Shown here: piece by piece, positions 35,601-46,322 of the stretch
Position numbering within the stretch: position 1 is the first letter of the stretch
How the letters are laid out: the number at the start of each line of letters is the position of its first letter
IMG/VR virus record: IMGVR_UViG_3300042691_037870
Location: 1-64,000 of that record
Source of the DNA: a virus
Direction: 5' to 3' (one strand)
DNA length: 64,000 nt
Position numbers and translations under genes: made by a program
The notes under the pieces: generated by a model
Databases searched by the model: none
What the model was told of the DNA's origin: nothing
Seen by the model: the letters and a program-made list of their open reading frames with translations, nothing else

Positions 35601-38600
35601 CATAATGTACATATCCATTTACTCCACGTTCACGAGATGAATAAGTATCACTATCAAATCCAGGACGATTACCAATACCAATATCCCCATCACGAGTCAT
35701 CATCATCGTAATGTTATTTAAAACATCACGAGTACTTAAACCTTGTTGCTCAAAAGTTCTATAAAGTAAACCACCATCACGACCTGACGAAATATTTACA
35801 AATGCAAGATCACCACCATTAGAACCAATGATTGCCGAACCACCATTATCAAAAGTAGTACCTGTTCTCCAAACTGTATCTACACTATCTCCCTGATTAA
35901 GAAGATCTCTAAATAAGTTAAATCCAACGTAATGTCGGGCAGTCCATAAATTATCAAAGATATTTCCATGTGGGAATGAACCATTAAGTGCGGCTGTACC
36001 ACTATAAGCAGCAATATTTCTTGTGCTTAATGCCCACGGAGTAACCTGTCTTGTAGGTGCTTGATATTCTCTCCAAGCATAGTTAGCAGCATTAGGTGAT
36101 CCACTAGATCCTGTTGCTGGACGACTACCCATAAGAGCTGTTGCTCCTACAACTCCATAAGCTTCATAAGGATAATCTCTAAATCCAACGTTATATGTCC
36201 ACACATGATTATAGTCAAGATAATCAACGATTACTTGTTGCCCTGCATAACCTGCTCCAGGATAGTATCCCGTTATTCCAACTACATTTCCTGTTTGTCC
36301 TGCAAGAAAAGCATATCCTGGTGACCACGGATCATTACCATCTCGGCCTTCGTTATTTGTGTTTTTACCAAATAAGTGAACTCGAGATCTTGGATAAAGA
36401 TTATGAATACCTACACCTACCGGAGTTTCTGTTGTAGTTTTATAAGTAGGTCCATACATATTAGGGTTAAGCGGTGAAAGACCTACAGGAAATTCTGTAG
36501 CAACATGCGATGCAACAAGACTAATTTCTCCAGCGCTATTTGCTGAAACACCAAGTCTTAAAATACTTGTTTGTTTATTTCCTGCTAGGTTTACCCAAGT
36601 TTCTCTACGAATAGCAGTATCAAGATTTGTAGTTGCTACATTATTACGTTTACCACTTGATAGGTAAGGATTTGCTGTTTCATTAGCAGCTGGTATAACT
36701 CCGCCTAAGTAAACATCGGTATATGTAGCTGTTAACCCTGTAGCAAAATCTTGTGTAAAGGCACCTACTTTCATTACCTTTGTAGGATAGTTTGACCAAA
36801 CAGAAGTTCTATCTATAACTGCAGGATTAATGCTGCTTACATCAATATCATTAGAACGAATAAACGCATTTATATGTAATCTTGCAGCAGGCTCATAAAC
36901 ACCAGAATCATCAGTCGTAAATGTACCAACTCCAAGATTTCTAAATGGAGATACGTAAAATACAGGTAATGAGTTTTGCTGGTTTGCAGTTAAATTAGGT
37001 GTTGCTTCGTGTTGAATACTTTGTTGCTGAAATTGAGATGTGTAAAAAATTAATTCACTTAAAAAGTTTGTATAATTTGAACCATCCCAGTTCTTTTTAC
37101 CTCTTTCACGCATACCTGCAATACGGTATGTTCTATCAGCCGTATGTGTATCAAGATTTGAAGGATCACCAGAATCCAATAAAGTTGACCATAGATCTGG
37201 TGAAACGGTTGCAGCTGATCCATACCAAGATGATCTTGTATAGTTTCCTGTTGCAAAAGTAGTAGGTGTATCGGTTAGGTTACCATAATTAAGTGGCGCT
37301 ACAGTAGATCCTATAAGTGACTTACCATTTATTGAACTAATATATCCTTGTGTTACAGTATAAGATACTATATTACCGATATTAGATTCAGCGTAATTAC
37401 CTCCTGTGATATAATCAGAAGAGCCGTACATATCTTCAGGTAAAGAACATACATATTGATTAGATGTTATTAATTTTTTAACATCTAATAACATTTCTCC
37501 AATATTAACCGTATCATTATATGTTAATGGAGTACCAAATTGATTATTAACAGGGTTTAATGAATATCTTGATGAAAATACAGATAGTGATTTCTTAATC
37601 TGAGTTCCTGTTACACCATCATATGAACCTACACCTGAATATAAGTACATACCTAAAGACCCAAATACATATTCTGTTCCTGGTGTGTAAGTTTCATCAT
37701 TTCTTCTTTCAGTAAAATACTGAATAGGTGAAAACTTATCTAATGTAACATCGTATAAAGGTTTTACCCAATATTGATCTCCTTCAATCCAATTGCCATT
37801 TTGTATAGGAAACCCTATAGTAGGTTCAGATGGGTATTGGCTTGTTAATCCTGATGGGTATGTCCAGCTTCTAGCGGTTACATTTGAAAAATATGGTAAA
37901 GTATCAATACTTTGTTTAAAGTAAAGGCGATCTATACCTGCATTATATCTTGCAGGCTGTGGTAATGTTAACGAATCGTTAGCACCCCAGTCATATATTG
38001 TAGGCGAATCTAATGTGCTGTCATCATCGTTACCTCCAGAATCGATAGCATTACCAGAAGAAATCCACACAGTACCGTACTTACTTAGCATTCTTGCATT
38101 TTTTACGGTTAGTGGAGAAGACGCGTTTGATGAAAACGGACCTGTTGCATACGGAGGTGCAGTTTGGTATGTAGTAATATCGTTTACCCACACATCACCA
38201 GCAACCCCACCAGATGTTACATTAAGTGGGTAAAAATACCAACCCGTTCCGCTATAATAGCCTGTTCCGCCTGGAGGATATGTTCCTGCAAATACATTTG
38301 AATAAGGGCTATTTGTATAAGCTGTAACAGCGTCATTAGTATCAAGAAATTTCCAAAACCCTTGATTCCAATGATCTACCCAAATTTGCCCTACTACATT
38401 AGAACCTGTGCCTACATATGTATTTAAGTATTCTAATGAATAGCTATTCCAGGGCCCTCCAACTGAAGACGGTCCAGTTTGACCACCAGCAGTACTACCA
38501 AATGGTATGATACCCATTACTGTTCCTGTAGGACCTTGTACTCCAGTAGGACCGATTGGTCCTTGCTTACCCGGAATACCTGGTAATCCTTGTTCACCTG

Positions 38601-38712
38601 GTAATCCTTGTGGTCCACCACCGTAAAGGCTAACTGTTTGGAAGTTATTATTTAACTTGGAAATAAGATCAGATATACTGTCGTTTTCAAGTAGTCTTTG
38701 TAAAGTTAACAT
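32686..38712 (-). CDS. Large tail fibre-like protein with N-terminal collagen segment
   Basis: 2008 aa; KLNNNF anchor then Gly-X-Y repeats; LGVGT, VGVGIHN.YP...VHL and GDIGIG fibre-type repeats; G/T/S/N-rich. Confidence 0.7.
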   Translation of the reverse strand: MLTLQRLLENDSISDLISKLNNNFQTVSLYGGGPQGLPGEQGLPGIPGKQGPIGPTGVQGPTGTVMGIIPFGSTAGGQTGPSSVGGPWNSYSLEYLNTYVGTGSNVVGQIWVDHWNQGFWKFLDTNDAVTAYTNSPYSNVFAGTYPPGGTGYYSGTGWYFYPLNVTSGGVAGDVWVNDITTYQTAPPYATGPFSSNASSPLTVKNARMLSKYGTVWISSGNAIDSGGNDDDSTLDSPTIYDWGANDSLTLPQPARYNAGIDRLYFKQSIDTLPYFSNVTARSWTYPSGLTSQYPSEPTIGFPIQNGNWIEGDQYWVKPLYDVTLDKFSPIQYFTERRNDETYTPGTEYVFGSLGMYLYSGVGSYDGVTGTQIKKSLSVFSSRYSLNPVNNQFGTPLTYNDTVNIGEMLLDVKKLITSNQYVCSLPEDMYGSSDYITGGNYAESNIGNIVSYTVTQGYISSINGKSLIGSTVAPLNYGNLTDTPTTFATGNYTRSSWYGSAATVSPDLWSTLLDSGDPSNLDTHTADRTYRIAGMRERGKKNWDGSNYTNFLSELIFYTSQFQQQSIQHEATPNLTANQQNSLPVFYVSPFRNLGVGTFTTDDSGVYEPAARLHINAFIRSNDIDVSSINPAVIDRTSVWSNYPTKVMKVGAFTQDFATGLTATYTDVYLGGVIPAANETANPYLSSGKRNNVATTNLDTAIRRETWVNLAGNKQTSILRLGVSANSAGEISLVASHVATEFPVGLSPLNPNMYGPTYKTTTETPVGVGIHNLYPRSRVHLFGKNTNNEGRDGNDPWSPGYAFLAGQTGNVVGITGYYPGAGYAGQQVIVDYLDYNHVWTYNVGFRDYPYEAYGVVGATALMGSRPATGSSGSPNAANYAWREYQAPTRQVTPWALSTRNIAAYSGTAALNGSFPHGNIFDNLWTARHYVGFNLFRDLLNQGDSVDTVWRTGTTFDNGGSAIIGSNGGDLAFVNISSGRDGGLLYRTFEQQGLSTRDVLNNITMMMTRDGDIGIGNRPGFDSDTYSSRERGVNGYVHYVRTSAEGDARQLFPYPNPYSSGTATMGTGSNQNKPYGLISYEGLSATYAETISSSPAAEINRATSMGDYIRLEVGAGKVYGSNSRSTLKAGYGYPPLQTLTITGSSIRNYLFLDWAAYTTAGGNIFTMSLDTDFEGRIIKIKLQNATSSGALVDFKPYFYNFVLPHPTEFNAGSGTPWAQVGFTATQGACAAELWNYDIDSNWVINEYNTQGYWDITNESFVQTQKQYANLRLNNFVLGEGMNVSTEQQWVRDQIKEARQESPKLILSFLEADNTVIPGSRAINTTETIGQNRPVSGTDAYRKVNTVIASAQNESSLREYWIPKADNSGGTFMVWTDHYGEKEKDSGFDTNTIATSRFYVEEVVALEFVPSYTGTTAGNEYISSTATNASGKFDNDYPLHVKYYNTLMGVPKYGITGNTGGNAFTPSQYGRKVNLFGQPLGVTGGPTTQYNYGFSFQNAGLTGPNYTQLGPFTQALSSTAGSTPIVISATGKPIQLTAEGTTNGNENYYLMQFQRSPDGTTWTNIGPIFGADTGSHDQANFYLHWVDNPVSGNWYYRIIRTDGFSPMTFTEITLIAYELSSGNLFYTTSNTGPYRGVASGATGLALLRNVDKYYSIYNPTTNFDNGWNSNGEIENRASQFRFKRINSEFALIDFNMTIEVKNPDLSAGFSYDDCGETQLIDWGSPRWTQYIRLSYLPSLYTADNYDYFMRLFGNSLSLMNWSSFNQWYPGTAITSDPETVFPTTTPAIYPGDSLSNTGGPNYTMNHVYDPAHTQNLVWSGNFYDATMSSSVNSNMGNLNNGEIFNKIVSNQTLVQPNGYLTPFFANQFFNANIAKMLIWDAPSNFDGSKSYVFGSFMGKAYSILGNDYLSRVRNCTWRVVPRLGNHYGTGADLAEPTNLKNASFTLEIMFDKPILHIDTPFANYNFSSLGNTDPAHPYKYLTVNGQAIVRYSDSTNTALNGPEVILESEIS
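38524..38616 (-). repeat. Collagen-like Gly-X-Y repeat (about 10 triplets)
   Basis: GPQGLPGEQGLPGIPGKQGPIGPTGVQGPTG. Confidence 0.85.
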
Positions 38713-38776
38713 TCTTTATTTGGTTTATCTTTTTATACAAATTATTTATTCATCACCTTATATGATCCTATATAGG

Positions 38777-38784
38777 TATATATC
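38777..38784 (-). promoter_or_regulatory. Candidate late-promoter element GATATATA
   Basis: Overlaps the stop of the 2512-aa gene, upstream of the tail fibre-like gene. Confidence 0.3.
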
Positions 38785-41700
38785 TATATTCGCTTTATAA
38801 TAGCTGTTACAGAATAACCAAATGGTTTCTTAGTATCAAGTTGTTTATCAATTCTTACTGTAAACTCATCAATATTAATAACTTTACAATCTTTATCAAC
38901 ACGGTATCCAGCATCCGCTTTTTCAATATCGTCAAGTGTAATATCAAATATAGGAATGCCTTCTTCAGAAAGAGCATACAATTTTATTTCACCGATTTCA
39001 TATAACTGTATGATATTCTTATTTAGATAATCCTTTTTAAGATTTTCTATGTCAACAGTTGTTAAACTTTGTAATTCGGTTATCCCTAAAGTAGTTAACC
39101 AATCAAACTCATCGAAGCTAGTTGGTAATTCAATATCATCAAGTAATTTTCTAAGAAGTCTTGCTCTTAAATCCAAGTTAACCGTTAATGTAGGTTTACT
39201 TGTACCTTCTACATCAGTTAATTGAATTTCTTTTTTAGATAATAACTTAACCCCAACTTCTTCAGAAGGAGCTGTAACAGTAAAAGTAGCTTCAGTATCT
39301 AAGAAAGTATCAAGTATATGAGTATTAGGGATATTCATTACTTTAGAACCTAAGAATGACTTAAATTCTTTCATTTCATTAAAACCGTCTATAGGATTCC
39401 AATTTTGTGTATCATAATACTTACGATAGTAATTTTTATCCCATGTACTGTTTAAGACAAATTGTTCTTTAGTATCAACAGATACTTCACCTACAAGAGG
39501 GTAAACACTTTTATATGCGGAACCTCTTGCAATTTTTAGTATCTCTGCATCAGCAACTTTATTTATTCCGTAATTTCTTAAAATTCCTGTTAATGATGAT
39601 TTGTCATTAAAGTGTGTATTTACTAAAAGATAATCTTTTTCAAAATGTTTTGTAAAAGTTTCATCTTCACGAACCCAAAATGAAAGCACATCATTTGCAC
39701 GTGGTTCATAAGACCCACGATGACGATAAATTACTTCGTTTTGATTTGTATCAACTATATTATAACCAATGTTTGCTGCACCTAAATATTCGATAGGTTT
39801 ATCTTCATCATTTACATAAGCAAGAACTCCTGTTTTAATAATTTGATCAGGGTCTATAAATTGTAAGCGGTAGTCAGTTACTGCTACTGTAGTATTATTT
39901 TCAACTTTATAGTATTCAATAGATGAAGGGTGTGCATTATTGTCTACAGGCACGTAATTAACAAGTTCTTTAATTGATGCGTATGTTAATAAGTTTTTAA
40001 TATGTAGATATGCTGATGTACCACCTTTAATGTTATAAGTTTCAAGAGGCTCTGGGTTTATCGTTGATAATGCAACATTCATTGTTGTCATTAAGAACTG
40101 TACAATATTTAAACTTCCTGGAGTTATACTTGAGTAAATTGGGTTATTACTTCCACCAAAAGTAGTCTGTACAGGTAGGTAACTATCATTGTAAATTCTT
40201 GAATTTGTTCTATCTATATGTCTATATTGAGATCCTAATTTTACAACCTCAATAAGTTTAAATAAGGAACCATCTTTTGTAAATGAAGTAGGAACCACAT
40301 TTAACCCACCTGTTACTGTAAACGCATTATCTTTATTTGTGTAATTATCATATGTAGGTACAATTTCATTAATAACCGAAAAGTTATATGAAGGTTTAAT
40401 AGGCTCCCAATTCATTGTAATCTTGCCTCCATTAAATACCGGCTTTAAGGAATTGGTTAAACTATCAATGATATACCCACCAATACGAGTATCACCAAGT
40501 TCAAGATAGCCTCCACCTAAAAAACCTTGTCGAGGTCTAAGTATTGAAAGATCTTCATATGATGTTGTAGTTGGTGCATAAGGCAAGAACTGATTAATGC
40601 TTAAGATATCTTGTGATGCCAAAGTATTTCCGCTGTTAAATAAACCACCTAATGGAACTTGCTTTTGATTAATATTCTTTAATTGATCATTCATTGCATA
40701 AAAGAATAAGTAATCGTTTAATCCTGACTGTACACGATAATCTTGAATATGAATGTTAATAATCATCACAATTGATTTGAACTTATCATTACGATAAACT
40801 TCAATATCAACAGGTTTTTCAGCTAATAAAGGTGTGACAGGAACTATTCTTGCAATAGATGCAAATTTATAATCATTATACTTTTTAGATTCTGATACTT
40901 CTTCTCCAAGTGCATTATTAATATCAATTACTTGTACTTTTGCACCTCTGAATAATGTTTGTGATCTTTTAACGCCATCAGAATATTGCATAAAAGTATA
41001 TCTTTCATCGCGTGATTTAGTTATTAATTCATTTAGATCGTTAATCTCATTAGGATATCCTAATGCAAAGTATTTAGTAAACCAGTCATCAGTATCATCA
41101 CTCGTTAGTAAATCATACCACGTAGAATTTCCTTTTGCAATATCACTAAGTTTTGCAAACATATAAGAACGTGATCCTTCTAAAGATTCTGTAGGATAAT
41201 CTTTAGGAACAGTATCAAGATAAGGGAATTCATTAGTTAATAAAGAAGGTTCAGCAAACTTAACACTTGTGTCAGGTGAAAAGTTAGTTATACCAAAAGC
41301 TTTTGATATGTTAAGGCGATAGTAATTATCTCTTGCATCAGTTCCTTCTTGAACCCACTTATTAATGTAAGGAACCACTTTTGATTTAAGTGCATAATCT
41401 TTATTAAAGTTTTCTCTAAGTCTATCGTATTCTGAACGTAATGACTGTCTTAAGAAAGCATCTACATATAACTCGTCATTAAGTAAACCGCGAATAGCTT
41501 CAGCATCTTCAGGTGAATATAAGTCGCTAATAGCAGAGAATCCCGAAAACGTCTTTAAGTCTTTATCAAAATAATAGTCATTCTTAACAATTTTTACTCT
41601 TGCATTAGTATTTGATAAACTGTTAACTACAATTTTATATGAAAGAGGTTTTGCTTCTGTTACCGCTCCTGAATCGTTAGTAACAGAAATTCTTCTTCTC

Positions 41701-44700
41701 ATGTAATTTCTTAAACCTACACCTTCTGGGAAATATGAAGGCGCATCTTCCCAAGTTCTTGGGTGCTCAAATTCATCGTATACATAAAAAGGATAATATG
41801 TGTTAAGAATAAGTTCTGTAGGATATCCTGAAGATGCACCGTTAAAAGTTATTTCTTCAATCTTATTCCATTCTTTAGTATTAGGATTAAGTCCATAAAT
41901 ATCTAGTACTGCATTTGTGTTAACAGGATTTTTGTCTTCATCAATAAAACTTAATAAGTAATTTTCATCCGCAGGCAATATTAGTTCACCGCCTTGTTGT
42001 AAAGTTTCATTAAAGTAATATCTTAATGCTTCAAGAATAGGCGTATACGAATAATCAGAAAAGTAAAAATCAAAGTCAAATTCTTTGACCGGGAAAATTG
42101 AAAAGATTCCCAATATAGGACGATATATGTTATATGCAACTACTCGTTTATCACCAGTCTGATAAAATTCTTGAGTACTATCATTTAGCTGAATAACACT
42201 ATACTGATTAAGATTTGTAAAATCAACAATGTCATTCATTTCATTAAAGACAGGCTCTTCAAGATATGGAAGTGAGTAAACATATTTACCTTGAACTTCC
42301 CAACCTTTCATTGGTGAGTACTTGCCTTTTTGTGCCTGATACCACTGATCTTGAATCTTTTCAAGATTTAGGATTGATAACTCAGAAGAAGTAATAACTG
42401 TAGTAACTGGAGAAGTAGTAGTTCCTAAAGTTGCTGCATTAGAAATAGTAATTGCGTTTGCTGCATAATCTATATAAGTTATGTATGAATCATTAGGAAT
42501 ACCTTTGCCTGTAACTTTTGCACCTACATAGAGGTTATCTAATAGTACATTAGTGATAACTTTAGATCCTGATATAATATTACCCGTTAATTTAACACTA
42601 CGATCTGCAAAGTATCTTTGTGAATCTACATATCCTATTCTTGCACGATTTCTTTCACGCTGTACTCCACCAATAAATAATTGCTTAATTTCATTAGGCG
42701 TAGTAGAAACTTTAATGATATATTCATAAACACTGTTAATTGGCAAATTACTCATGTTAACAGAAAATGGAATAACTGAATAACTAAATACATCTAAACT
42801 CGGAACAGTAACATAATAGTAGCCGTCTCCTGTAGTTGATGCAGTTATTAAATTAGTAGGATTAACATCCGTTCTAATTTTAATAGCTGACCCTCCAATC
42901 GTTTTTGATATTTCTAAATAATAATATATGTCACCAGCAATTCCAGTGTTATTGATTATTTCTACAGGTAAGTCGTAATTGGTATTGCTTGCTACTTCAA
43001 CATTTACAGATGTGTTAACATCAATGTTTCCTTTTTCAAAAAATCCTAAATTAAATATTAAACTTTCTCCATTTACCATTCTACGAGTAAGCTGAATTGC
43101 GTTACCTTCAAGACCTGGTCTTTTAGCTTTTAAGTAAACTTCTTCACCTAAAGCAACTGCATAACATGGCCCATTTTCAAATGTGTTAATACATTTTGCT
43201 AAAGCAGAAGCAACTTGTGTAGCTGTGCCTTCATTGCTAAATGTTGATATGTAATCATAACCATTGGGATCCGCTATAGGATAATCCCAAGCATCACCGG
43301 CTTGCATTCCTGTACTTTTTGCAATCATTCTCCAGCGAAACTGTTGATACGAAGGCATAAGAATAGGTGTTAAGTTTGCAAGTGTGCCACCCAAGAATGT
43401 AATATTTAGTTCTGTTGAATTAACATCTATTCTATATGATTCATTACCTGTATAAGATGTTAGTGGTTCAAGCTGTAAACTTAAAAGAGTATCAACTGCA
43501 AGATTATTTGATAATGGGTTATAATTATAAGTAATGTTATAAGTAGGACCAGCCGTTGAAATTAATTCATCTACAGAAATGAGTGTAAGTGGAGCAACAT
43601 TCGTTGGATTACCATCGTTAACTATATCAATCGTAAGAATATTAGGATTAATTCCCGTGACTGTAAAATAACTTCCAAATGTAACTTCACTGTTTATTGT
43701 AAGACCAGGAGTTGTTATGTATACTTGCTGACCAATAAAAAAATTATCAATTTCATTAACAAATACACCACTTAATGTACCACCAACAGCAGGCATTGTA
43801 AGTGATGATCCAAGCCTTCTTGTATATTGATCTTTAAAGACTGTAAATGAAACATTTGTTGGTGAAACATTTTGTGTTTTTAAGTAATATGTATGTAAAC
43901 GTGGTCCGTGAACATACGTATTAATTGTAAGTTCAAGTTCTTCTTCATCAGCAAATACGGGGTCAGAAGTAACCTGGGCTAAATGAAGTCTTAATTGTGA
44001 ATATCCTTTATCTAATAACTTTGCATCAAATTGAGATGTTATTTGATTAACACCTGCATAATTACTAATATCTTCTTGTGTATCAAAAAGTTTAAGTTGA
44101 GATACTCGACGATAATCTTCAGTACCCGGATTTCCATAATCAACTTCTTTTAGCTCGGTAATTCTTTTAAACGCATCATTGCGATCTTTAATGTAGAAGA
44201 TTCTTAATGGGTCTTCTACTAAAGATGGTAAAGGAAACTTACCTACTACTTCTCCTTGAAAAGTTGGAACATTCGTATTATTTACAATACTTGTTGGATT
44301 ATGATAATAATGAACAGGTATTTGAATACCTTCAGGATTTGTCTGTACAAATTCTTTTGTGCTATATGGCTGTCCGTCAATCCCTGCTTTAGGTATTGGA
44401 GTTTGATTTGGTATTTTTGCTAAAGAAATTGGATCAATCTCAAAATTTGCTAATTGATTTTCTGTTACATATAATCCAAAGTAACGATTAATAGAATAAG
44501 GTGCTGCCTCGGAATCATCAAATAAGAATTCCAAGTTAACAAGATTTGTACTAATTATACCTTGACGTTCAAACCCACCAGTAATATATTCCTCAAATTC
44601 AATAATAGGTCTATCTTTAGTATAGTAGTCATTTAAAAACTCACCTTTGCCTGTCATTGTACCATCTACATAAGAAATCCCATTCCAGGTTGTTGCAATA

Positions 44701-46322
44701 TCAGTATCAAAACTAACATCAAGAGGTCTTTCTTTGTAACGAGGATCATTTACAATCTTTCTTAAATATGAACCTAATTTAGAAGTTTCACGCATATCAA
44801 AAGTTTTTACAATACGTGCATCTTTAAAGAAAGAATCATAAATTTGTGTATTATCCGCTGACATATAACTTTCAACAGATAATGGGTGATCTAATCTAAA
44901 TATGATAAAATAGTCAGGTATTACTTTTCTTAACCAAAGAGGCGCAAAGAAAGAAAATCCTTCATCATAATATTTACTTTTAAGTTGTTCTACTCCGTAG
45001 TTATAAAAGTTATCATATTGTTCGGCAAGAGTTCTTTTAGTATTTTCATATTGATTGTCTGTTTGGTATAAATCAAATATGATTGATGTTGGGGTTTGCC
45101 CATTTTTAAAGAACTTATACAAATCTCTTGCATATGTAGATAGTGGAGATATTGCATACTTTTTATATGCTGAATCAGCTAACTCATTATTTGCATCAAT
45201 AGAATTTAACCAAAGATTTCCTGTTGAATCCAGAGTTATTTTAACATTCCCTGAAAGTTTAGGATTAGTTTTTAAAACACCGTAAGAAGAACGATCATCA
45301 TAAACTTTTATTTCTGACTTATAATCATTTTGCCAGGTAGTTCTTGTAGGTCTAATGCTAGTTTCTTTATATCCCATAAAGTGAACTTCTTGATAATCAT
45401 AAGAAGTTGATAAAGTAGCAGCTGATTTTAAACCGTATGACGTAGTATTATTTGATAAAGTATCTAATGGGGGTGTTAAAGCTCCTACCACAGCTGCGGG
45501 TGGAGCTGAAATGATAATCATATTAAATTTTAAATGACTATCATCAACCCCATCATAATCTATTCTTAATGTTGCTGAAGCATTTGGCACGTTATTATCT
45601 TTAGCTATACGAACTGCTCCACCTAAACCAGAACTTACTTTTCTACCTACAAACCCGGTGCCTTCAAGAAAGTTTGTTGAAAAATTTTCAACTGTGCCAT
45701 CAAATAAGTTCTTTAAAGATACCACATTTTGTGAAGATATCCAAGGAGTAGTATATGAAATGTATTCATATTCAGATATTGATTTTCCATTTAAAGACCA
45801 TCTTTCATTTGCGTTCTCATCCCAGAAACCTACATGCATAGTGCCAGTAACACCTACGCCCATAGAAGGTTCAATTATAATTGAGGAACCTGTAACTCCT
45901 GATAAGTCTGTTATATATGAACCAGGCTGGTTAGGAATGTTTATAACACCTGTACCACCAGTATTGCCTACAAGTATAGGCCCTAATTCACCAAGACCAG
46001 TTGGTCCTACATTTGCATAATCATGTGAATTTTTAACAAACATTCCAGGCTGAACATTTGAAAAACTTAATTCATTTGTATTGGGATATGTTGATGTAGT
46101 TAATTCAACGCCTGACACTTGTGTCCCTGTTAAACTGTTTGTAAATTTTGCATCTGCAGTAGCATAGGCATCAAATGTTCTTGCATGTGGAAACACAAGA
46201 ACATATAATGCATTATTCCCAAGAACGGAATCGTTTCTACCAATAGTTATAAAAGTAGTTGACTTTCCTTGTAAAACTTGTTCTCGCGAAAAATCAATAC
46301 TATAGAAATTAGGTCCTGTCAT
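38784..46322 (-). CDS. Very large virion structural protein
   Basis: 2512 aa uninterrupted ORF in the structural block. Confidence 0.6.
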   Translation of the reverse strand: MTGPNFYSIDFSREQVLQGKSTTFITIGRNDSVLGNNALYVLVFPHARTFDAYATADAKFTNSLTGTQVSGVELTTSTYPNTNELSFSNVQPGMFVKNSHDYANVGPTGLGELGPILVGNTGGTGVINIPNQPGSYITDLSGVTGSSIIIEPSMGVGVTGTMHVGFWDENANERWSLNGKSISEYEYISYTTPWISSQNVVSLKNLFDGTVENFSTNFLEGTGFVGRKVSSGLGGAVRIAKDNNVPNASATLRIDYDGVDDSHLKFNMIIISAPPAAVVGALTPPLDTLSNNTTSYGLKSAATLSTSYDYQEVHFMGYKETSIRPTRTTWQNDYKSEIKVYDDRSSYGVLKTNPKLSGNVKITLDSTGNLWLNSIDANNELADSAYKKYAISPLSTYARDLYKFFKNGQTPTSIIFDLYQTDNQYENTKRTLAEQYDNFYNYGVEQLKSKYYDEGFSFFAPLWLRKVIPDYFIIFRLDHPLSVESYMSADNTQIYDSFFKDARIVKTFDMRETSKLGSYLRKIVNDPRYKERPLDVSFDTDIATTWNGISYVDGTMTGKGEFLNDYYTKDRPIIEFEEYITGGFERQGIISTNLVNLEFLFDDSEAAPYSINRYFGLYVTENQLANFEIDPISLAKIPNQTPIPKAGIDGQPYSTKEFVQTNPEGIQIPVHYYHNPTSIVNNTNVPTFQGEVVGKFPLPSLVEDPLRIFYIKDRNDAFKRITELKEVDYGNPGTEDYRRVSQLKLFDTQEDISNYAGVNQITSQFDAKLLDKGYSQLRLHLAQVTSDPVFADEEELELTINTYVHGPRLHTYYLKTQNVSPTNVSFTVFKDQYTRRLGSSLTMPAVGGTLSGVFVNEIDNFFIGQQVYITTPGLTINSEVTFGSYFTVTGINPNILTIDIVNDGNPTNVAPLTLISVDELISTAGPTYNITYNYNPLSNNLAVDTLLSLQLEPLTSYTGNESYRIDVNSTELNITFLGGTLANLTPILMPSYQQFRWRMIAKSTGMQAGDAWDYPIADPNGYDYISTFSNEGTATQVASALAKCINTFENGPCYAVALGEEVYLKAKRPGLEGNAIQLTRRMVNGESLIFNLGFFEKGNIDVNTSVNVEVASNTNYDLPVEIINNTGIAGDIYYYLEISKTIGGSAIKIRTDVNPTNLITASTTGDGYYYVTVPSLDVFSYSVIPFSVNMSNLPINSVYEYIIKVSTTPNEIKQLFIGGVQRERNRARIGYVDSQRYFADRSVKLTGNIISGSKVITNVLLDNLYVGAKVTGKGIPNDSYITYIDYAANAITISNAATLGTTTSPVTTVITSSELSILNLEKIQDQWYQAQKGKYSPMKGWEVQGKYVYSLPYLEEPVFNEMNDIVDFTNLNQYSVIQLNDSTQEFYQTGDKRVVAYNIYRPILGIFSIFPVKEFDFDFYFSDYSYTPILEALRYYFNETLQQGGELILPADENYLLSFIDEDKNPVNTNAVLDIYGLNPNTKEWNKIEEITFNGASSGYPTELILNTYYPFYVYDEFEHPRTWEDAPSYFPEGVGLRNYMRRRISVTNDSGAVTEAKPLSYKIVVNSLSNTNARVKIVKNDYYFDKDLKTFSGFSAISDLYSPEDAEAIRGLLNDELYVDAFLRQSLRSEYDRLRENFNKDYALKSKVVPYINKWVQEGTDARDNYYRLNISKAFGITNFSPDTSVKFAEPSLLTNEFPYLDTVPKDYPTESLEGSRSYMFAKLSDIAKGNSTWYDLLTSDDTDDWFTKYFALGYPNEINDLNELITKSRDERYTFMQYSDGVKRSQTLFRGAKVQVIDINNALGEEVSESKKYNDYKFASIARIVPVTPLLAEKPVDIEVYRNDKFKSIVMIINIHIQDYRVQSGLNDYLFFYAMNDQLKNINQKQVPLGGLFNSGNTLASQDILSINQFLPYAPTTTSYEDLSILRPRQGFLGGGYLELGDTRIGGYIIDSLTNSLKPVFNGGKITMNWEPIKPSYNFSVINEIVPTYDNYTNKDNAFTVTGGLNVVPTSFTKDGSLFKLIEVVKLGSQYRHIDRTNSRIYNDSYLPVQTTFGGSNNPIYSSITPGSLNIVQFLMTTMNVALSTINPEPLETYNIKGGTSAYLHIKNLLTYASIKELVNYVPVDNNAHPSSIEYYKVENNTTVAVTDYRLQFIDPDQIIKTGVLAYVNDEDKPIEYLGAANIGYNIVDTNQNEVIYRHRGSYEPRANDVLSFWVREDETFTKHFEKDYLLVNTHFNDKSSLTGILRNYGINKVADAEILKIARGSAYKSVYPLVGEVSVDTKEQFVLNSTWDKNYYRKYYDTQNWNPIDGFNEMKEFKSFLGSKVMNIPNTHILDTFLDTEATFTVTAPSEEVGVKLLSKKEIQLTDVEGTSKPTLTVNLDLRARLLRKLLDDIELPTSFDEFDWLTTLGITELQSLTTVDIENLKKDYLNKNIIQLYEIGEIKLYALSEEGIPIFDITLDDIEKADAGYRVDKDCKVINIDEFTVRIDKQLDTKKPFGYSVTAIIKRI

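Noticed and set aside
38767-38776. Palindrome CCTATATAGG (and AAGGTACCTT near 25840) as operator or terminator
   Set aside because: Only 10 bp, single copies, no U-tract; expected by chance.
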